Virus record (IMG/VR): IMGVR_UViG_3300025718_000015
Location: 1-41,718 of that record
DNA: 41,718 bases
Origin: a virus
Lineage: Duplodnaviria > Caudoviricetes
Reading direction: 5' to 3' (one strand)
Shown here: piece by piece, positions 36,851 through 41,718 of the stretch
Layout of the letters: every line of letters starts with the position of its first letter
How positions within the stretch are numbered: the stretch's first letter is position 1
Translations under genes and position numbers: made by a program
The notes under the pieces: generated by a model
Seen by the model: only the letters and a program-made list of their open reading frames with translations
Told to the model about the DNA's origin: nothing
The model's database searches: none

Positions 36851-37355
36851 GATTATTTATTTAAAAATTAGGGTGTTAATTACAGTTGGTTTGCCACAGT
36901 CGGGGCAGTGCAGTGGATTGCACCGGGCACAGTAAGATTGTCCGCAATGTGGGCAATCAATATCATTACAATGATTCATTGGAAGCTTTTAATACGATAA
37001 ATATTATGAATAGAAAAGCCGCAGAAAGAAGGAATATATAGACGTATTTCCAGAGGTCGTGATTTGATTTCATAATAAATAATGTGATTTTAAAAAATTA
37101 TATGCCAGGCAAGCCAAAATAAAAATTAAAAATGACCAAAGCAGAACCGTTGTGTGTTTCTGATCGCGTTCGTCAGCTTTGCGCTGCGCTTCGGTTTCGA
37201 AGCGTCGTTGTGCAGGAGTTTTCATTCGGGTGATCCTTTAATGGTTTCTTTTTCTTTTTCCGTTTTTACCTGTCTTTTTGCAATATTGTAGCAAAAAACG
37301 ACAAACAAACTATTGACAATCACAAAAAGCACAATACCGATAATAATTGCTGTTT

Positions 37356-37637
37356 TCATCGTAATGCAACCTCCATCTCATTAATCAGACTTTCTTTGAA
37401 TAACTGATAATCGAAGTCCTCAGTTACTTCCAATGAAATGCCGCCCAAAAAATCATCGTGATTTTGAATGGAAACTATTTTTTTTACATACGGATTAAAC
37501 GCAAGCAACAGCGCAAAATTCATGTAAATAATGGTGTTGAAGTTGACAATTAAGTTCAAACTTCCTTCTTTTACGCGCCCTACTTTAATTTCGAATTTAC
37601 CGTCCGGACTTTCAATTTTTATTTGATTTTCACACAT
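37356..37637 (-). CDS. Hypothetical protein
   Basis: Start taken at MCENQIK. Confidence 0.55.
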   Translation of the reverse strand: MCENQIKIESPDGKFEIKVGRVKEGSLNLIVNFNTIIYMNFALLLAFNPYVKKIVSIQNHDDFLGGISLEVTEDFDYQLFKESLINEMEVALR

Positions 37638-37648
37638 AATGTATTGAT

Positions 37649-38065
37649 TTATGAACGTGGATTCAATGGATCTGCAGTAATAATCAACCAATATTTTTCG
37701 TTTTCAATTTCCACCGGTGTTTTACAGATTTTAAACCCACAGGCTTTAAAGGCTAATTTTAGTCTATCTGTTTTAATACTTTCAAGTATCAATTTTGCAA
37801 TAGGAGTGTTATTGAAGGCAAATTCCGAAGTATTTTCTTTTCTACGAAGTGAAAAACCGTTTTCCTCTGATGTGATTTTAATATACCAATCGGTAGGATT
37901 GTCTTCGTCTTGAACGAATATGATTTTTGTTTGATCCGTCAAACCCAAAATAACTGAGGCAGCCTTGGAAAATCCCAACAAACCAGCCTTTGAATTAATG
38001 CGCAAAGTTGGCTCTCCGGGTAAAGCCATTTTTGAATTACTTGTGTTGAATTCTTTTAATTTCAT
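37649..38065 (-). CDS. Hypothetical phage protein
   Basis: 138 aa, beta-rich; A-rich leader. Confidence 0.7.
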   Translation of the reverse strand: MKLKEFNTSNSKMALPGEPTLRINSKAGLLGFSKAASVILGLTDQTKIIFVQDEDNPTDWYIKITSEENGFSLRRKENTSEFAFNNTPIAKLILESIKTDRLKLAFKACGFKICKTPVEIENEKYWLIITADPLNPRS

Positions 38066-38100
38066 AATAAATTGATTTAAAATTATTTATATTTTGATTT

Positions 38101-38412
38101 TTAGTTGATATAATTAATTTGGTGACAATCCTGGCAGTGCCAGTAATCATGTTTTTCGTAAGTTGCCAAATAGGGATTTCGAAAGCCCACACCGCATTTT
38201 TTGCAATAATCTACACCCACGTAATGCCTGGCATCGTGAACTTCCACATGTCCTAAATGTTGAAGTTGTTTTTCGTGGGTTTTAGCTAAAGCCCACGATT
38301 CGCGATAACGAACTTCGCCATTTACATATACACAGGCAAGTGCTGCAGGTTTTTTTATTGTTGGCATAATCAGAGTTTTATAATAAGCCTGCGGCGATAT
38401 TACCGCAGGCAT
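38101..38412 (-). CDS. Zinc-finger hypothetical protein
   Basis: CKKC...CQDC; start uncertain. Confidence 0.55.
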   Translation of the reverse strand: MPAVISPQAYYKTLIMPTIKKPAALACVYVNGEVRYRESWALAKTHEKQLQHLGHVEVHDARHYVGVDYCKKCGVGFRNPYLATYEKHDYWHCQDCHQINYIN

Positions 38413-38598
38413 TTTTATCCAATCATCTTCTTATATAGTGCCCTCTAATGCTTATTGCATATTACTTTGGGCTAAGTATTCAAGTAAAAAAACTACCGGT
38501 CAGATATTCCTAGCTACCTGTACCGGTAGTGGCAACCTTACATTTTTCTGAATATTATCTGATTTCAGTTGGTCTGGTTGCTATGTTGAGTTGAAGAA

Positions 38599-38796
38599 TT
38601 ATTCTCCTAATTCCATTTGCCAATCAATTACTTCATCAAGCATTTCCTGAAGTCTACCTGTTAATTCATTAAATGTTTCTCCTTTTTCGGATTCTTGCCA
38701 TTTTTCTGAACGGGTTTCAAATGTTTCTTCGCGTGTTGAAATTTGTTCTTCCAAATGTTCCTGGAGTTGTTCCATGAGTTTAATTGTTTTTTTCAT
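38599..38796 (-). CDS. Small coiled-coil phage protein
   Basis: RSEKWQESEKGE motif. Confidence 0.7.
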   Translation of the reverse strand: MKKTIKLMEQLQEHLEEQISTREETFETRSEKWQESEKGETFNELTGRLQEMLDEVIDWQMELGE

Positions 38797-38928
38797 TGCC
38801 GTAATTTGTTAAGTTTATATTTATTATTAAGTTGATCCAAAGAAAAAAAATGGTTGTGGTCGGGTTTCAGGAGCGATTGCAGTACATTCTCCACATCCTT
38901 ACGGGTAGTGGCAACCATTGTTTTTGGC

Positions 38929-39492
38929 TTATCTCATTTTATTTTTATTCCAATACTCAATCAACTGGGAAGTTTTATGCAGATCCAACCTTTTAAGCAT
39001 GTTATTCCGGTGGTTCTTAACTGTATTTACTGAGTTATTTAGTGTTTCGGCAATTTGGGATTCATCCAGCCCGGATACAATAAGGCGAAGTACATTAATT
39101 TCTGCTTTGCGTAGTTTGGTAGATCTGACCGGATAACAGGCCTTCTGTAAATTACATATATTGCATTCCCCGCGTTGGGCGCAATAGGCGTATTCTAAAT
39201 TCACAGTACCTTCTTCATCCACATCAAGCAAAGCGTCCATTTGGCCAAGGTGAAGTTTTATCCACATACGGACAATTTGAAATTCGAAAAACATACGGTT
39301 GATACGACTTTGAGTATATCGGTTTTCCAGAGCAACTAAAGCTTCTGGATATTCTTCCTGAAGGTATTCGAGCCAACCGGTTACAATATGCCTGTGCGTT
39401 TGGTTGAAAATGTAAGATTTTTCACCTTCCTCGGTGACAATAACTTCACCTTTATTATTTACCACATATTCAAATTCACGTAGATTCATCAT
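38929..39492 (-). CDS. LuxR-type HTH transcriptional regulator
   Basis: LRKAEINVLRLIVSGLDESQIAETLNNSVNTVKNHRNNMLKRL. Confidence 0.85.
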   Translation of the reverse strand: MMNLREFEYVVNNKGEVIVTEEGEKSYIFNQTHRHIVTGWLEYLQEEYPEALVALENRYTQSRINRMFFEFQIVRMWIKLHLGQMDALLDVDEEGTVNLEYAYCAQRGECNICNLQKACYPVRSTKLRKAEINVLRLIVSGLDESQIAETLNNSVNTVKNHRNNMLKRLDLHKTSQLIEYWNKNKMR

Positions 39493-39710
39493 CTTTCAAA
39501 AGTTTTAAGGGTTATTCCTTCCAATTTTTCTAATTCAAGTTCTGTAAATGTATTTTCTCTCACTTTTGTATAAAAAGTAGTATAAGCCATGTATTTTGGA
39601 AACATGATATCGCGTATATAATTCCGATCGTCATCAGTTGGAAGTGCATTAAAATAGTCTTTAAAGATTATTTTTTCAAAATTTTCGTCTGTTTGCTTTG
39701 TCAGTGTCAT
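39489..39710 (-). CDS. Cro-like first early gene
   Basis: Small, divergent from the repressor; start at MTLTKQ. Confidence 0.55.
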   Translation of the reverse strand: MTLTKQTDENFEKIIFKDYFNALPTDDDRNYIRDIMFPKYMAYTTFYTKVRENTFTELELEKLEGITLKTFER

Positions 39711-39732
39711 TTTTAGTGCTAATTTGGTACTG

Positions 39733-39790
39733 CAAACATACAACTAATGTTTGTAAATAACACTATGTTGTTATCATAAAATAACAACAT
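39733..39790. promoter_or_regulatory. Lysis/lysogeny switch: leftward -7 element and operator-like inverted repeats
   Basis: TATGTTTG on the minus strand (39733-39740); CAAACAT-N7-ATGTTTG; ATGTTGTTAT-N6-ATAACAACAT (39765-39790). Confidence 0.6.
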
Positions 39791-39805
39791 GATATGTAAT
39801 TTAGA

Positions 39806-40195
39806 ATGGTTAAAAATAAACTTGCATATAATAGTCTAAAACTCATTGATTTAATCAATAGAGACAAAAGAACCAATATTCAAATAGGGGAGGCGGTTAA
39901 ACAGCATGCGAATATGGTTGGTAAAATAGCCAGGGGAGATTCATTTCCTTCAGTTGATTCGCTTGCAAAATATGCTGAATTATATGGAAAAGATATAAAC
40001 TACTTTTATAATAATGAGAGTAATAGTGAAACCCTTGTAGTTTCATCACCACCTGAAACATATGGACTACCTACAGATTTAGAAGGATGCTATAAAATAA
40101 TGTTTGGGCAGCAAAAAGAGATAACTGAATTAACAAGAGAGGTTGAACGTTTAAAAAACGCCAATGCACCAGGGAACGGTGCGAAAGTAGGGTAA
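39806..40195 (+). CDS. XRE-family HTH prophage repressor
   Basis: TNIQIGEAVKQHANMVGKIARGDSFPSVDSLAKYAELYG; the only plausible plus-strand phage gene. Confidence 0.75.
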   Translation: MVKNKLAYNSLKLIDLINRDKRTNIQIGEAVKQHANMVGKIARGDSFPSVDSLAKYAELYGKDINYFYNNESNSETLVVSSPPETYGLPTDLEGCYKIMFGQQKEITELTREVERLKNANAPGNGAKVG

Positions 40196-40274
40196 TCAAG
40201 TATATATATTTCTATTCGAATAGAGTGGGAACTCTATTTTATTGCATTCAATTTTTGAGTGTTTTTTTTGAAAA

Positions 40275-40348
40275 TGTAGACCTTTTGTAGACCAAAAAAA
40301 TATAACAGACTGATAATGAACAAAGGGGTTAGTACGCCAAGTACCTCA
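40275..40348 (+). other. Probable attR: arm-type direct repeats plus tRNA-Cys 3'-end core
   Basis: TGTAGACC at 40275 and 40286; CGCCAAGTACCTCA (40335-40348) matches the 3' end of Bacteroidales tRNA-Cys as I recall it. Confidence 0.65.
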
Positions 40349-40350
40349 TT

Positions 40351-40396
40351 AAAACCTTCTTAGCGTAGTCGTCAACACGATATCTGAGAAGGTTTT
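40351..40396 (+). terminator. Host (tRNA) terminator-like hairpin
   Basis: AAAACCTTCT...AGAAGGTTTT followed by a T-rich tract. Confidence 0.6.
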
Positions 40397-40506
40397 TCTT
40401 TTTTTTCAATCGTTTGCACCCTTTCTTTGCTTAGTATTCTCTTCTCGCTTTTTTTTTGCACATTATTTTTGTAAATTTGTACCCAAATAGACTTTGTGCA
40501 AAGATT

Positions 40507-41718
40507 ATGATAATTAAATTCAAAATACACTATATAACGCAATGGGGACAATCTTTGTACCTTATATTGCATTCCTCCGAACATACATTGCCCGATTCTA
40601 CTCAAGGTGTAGTAATGCAATGCAATAAGAATTTTGAATGGACAGCAGAAATATCGATTGATTCAACTGTTTCGTCCATTTCCTATCAATATGCCATTCT
40701 TAATTCCGATAAAACATTAGACTACGAATATGGTAAGATTCGCTCTATTCAGTTGACTCTTGCAAATGATACTGTAAAAGTTCATGATAACTGGCGTGGA
40801 CCTTTTGGTGATTCTCCATTTGTTTCCGCTGCTTTTTCCGAATGTTTTTTTAAGAGAAATAAATCAAAAACAATTATTCCGCCAAAGGATGCCAATTTAG
40901 TGCTTCGATTGAACTGTCCCCAAATGGAACCAAATCGCCATATTGCAGTTATTGGAAACCAAGATATTTTAGGGAATTGGGATGAAACACGCAAAGTCCG
41001 ATTGGATGATTCCAACTTTCCAGTTTGGAGTATCGCTTTCAATGTCCAACAATTCACGTTCCCGTTAGAGTATAAATACCTTATTGTGGATACTCAAACC
41101 GATAAAGTTCTGGCTTGGGGTGGTGGTCCAAATCGGGTTCTAAATTCAGCAAATCCTCAGGAACTGACAGTAGATACACAAGAACATTTTTTACGTACCA
41201 TTCCCTCCTGGAAAGGAACTGGTGTTGCTATTCCGGTTTTTTCACTTCGCAGCGAGGACGGCTTTGGCATTGGCGAATTCAACGATTTAAAGAAAATGGT
41301 AGATTGGGCTAAGAAAACCGGTCAACGCCTTATACAAACACTGCCAATAAACGATACAATTTTATATCATACCAATTACGATTCGTATCCGTACAATGCT
41401 GTGTCGGTATATGCATTGCACCCTATTTATCTGCATTTGGAAGCCTTGGGCAAACTGAAAGACAATAAACTAAAAGCCTATTTTGAAACTCAAAAGCAAG
41501 AACTCAATGCCAAAACGTTTTCCGATTATGAAAATGTGATGAATGTGAAATGGGAGTTTATTAAAGCCATTTTTCCGCAAGAAAGTCATGCCATTTTTGC
41601 TTCCGATGATTACAAAACATTTTTTGAAGCAAACAAAGAATGGCTGGTGCCTTATGCTGCTTTCTCGTATTTGCGTGACTTAAATAGTACACCCGAATTT
41701 GGAAAATGGTCATCGTTC
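40507..41718 (+). CDS. malQ: 4-alpha-glucanotransferase (GH77 with tandem CBM20 domains), truncated by window
   Basis: My translation: MIIKFKIHYITQWGQ..., LGNWD, LEYKY, then WKGTGVAIPVFSLRS, GIGEFNDL, IQTLPINDT and DSYPYNAVSVYALHPIY. Confidence 0.9.
   Translation, partial: MIIKFKIHYITQWGQSLYLILHSSEHTLPDSTQGVVMQCNKNFEWTAEISIDSTVSSISYQYAILNSDKTLDYEYGKIRSIQLTLANDTVKVHDNWRGPFGDSPFVSAAFSECFFKRNKSKTIIPPKDANLVLRLNCPQMEPNRHIAVIGNQDILGNWDETRKVRLDDSNFPVWSIAFNVQQFTFPLEYKYLIVDTQTDKVLAWGGGPNRVLNSANPQELTVDTQEHFLRTIPSWKGTGVAIPVFSLRSEDGFGIGEFNDLKKMVDWAKKTGQRLIQTLPINDTILYHTNYDSYPYNAVSVYALHPIYLHLEALGKLKDNKLKAYFETQKQELNAKTFSDYENVMNVKWEFIKAIFPQESHAIFASDDYKTFFEANKEWLVPYAAFSYLRDLNSTPEFGKWSSF

Larger units (their letters stand above)
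1..40348. mobile_element. Integrated temperate prophage (tape-measure-encoding tailed phage); left end and integrase lie outside the window
   Basis: Co-oriented terminase, portal, S49 protease, capsid, tape measure, holin/endolysin, primase-helicase and repressor genes. Ends at a tRNA-3'-end-like att core followed by a host metabolic gene. Confidence 0.95.

Noticed and set aside
1360-39136. Numerous plus-strand ORFs (e.g. 1360..1974, 3052..3504, 16909..17340, 23709..24128, 28584..28883)
   Set aside because: They lie antisense to well-supported minus-strand genes and show no motifs.
40335-40348. Intact tRNA gene
   Set aside because: Only 14 nt of a 3' end is present; no D or anticodon arm upstream.
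40372-41312. ORFs 40372..40620, 40782..41057 and 41115..41312
   Set aside because: They overlap the continuous malQ reading frame starting at 40507.

Overview
Bases 1 to ~40348 are the right-hand ~40 kb of a temperate tailed prophage of a Bacteroidales-type host. Nearly all genes lie on the minus strand. Read right to left: probable attR (3' end of tRNA-Cys), repressor/cro switch, early genes, a diversity-generating retroelement (DGR), primase-helicase, a candidate late activator, then the head genes (S49 protease, scaffold, capsid), a PLD-type nuclease and terminase. These are followed by an ArdC/SymE/N6-methylase insert, portal, a moron cluster, tail genes, a lysis cassette and the start of the tape measure gene, which runs off the left edge. 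Host DNA resumes with a CBM20-GH77 4-alpha-glucanotransferase. The main finding is the DGR. One 81-bp template repeat matches two variable repeats with adenine-only mismatches (13 and 16). The targets are two small tandem proteins without signal peptides in the early region, not tail fibres. No Avd is recognisable, and two uncharacterised ORFs overlap the RT gene. Also seen: six copies of a fixed-spacing late-promoter-like motif (TGTCCTTT-N24-YTTR), an alternatively pairing leader RNA, and a repeat-rich region upstream of the morons. Protein family calls come from motifs recognised by eye; no searches were run.
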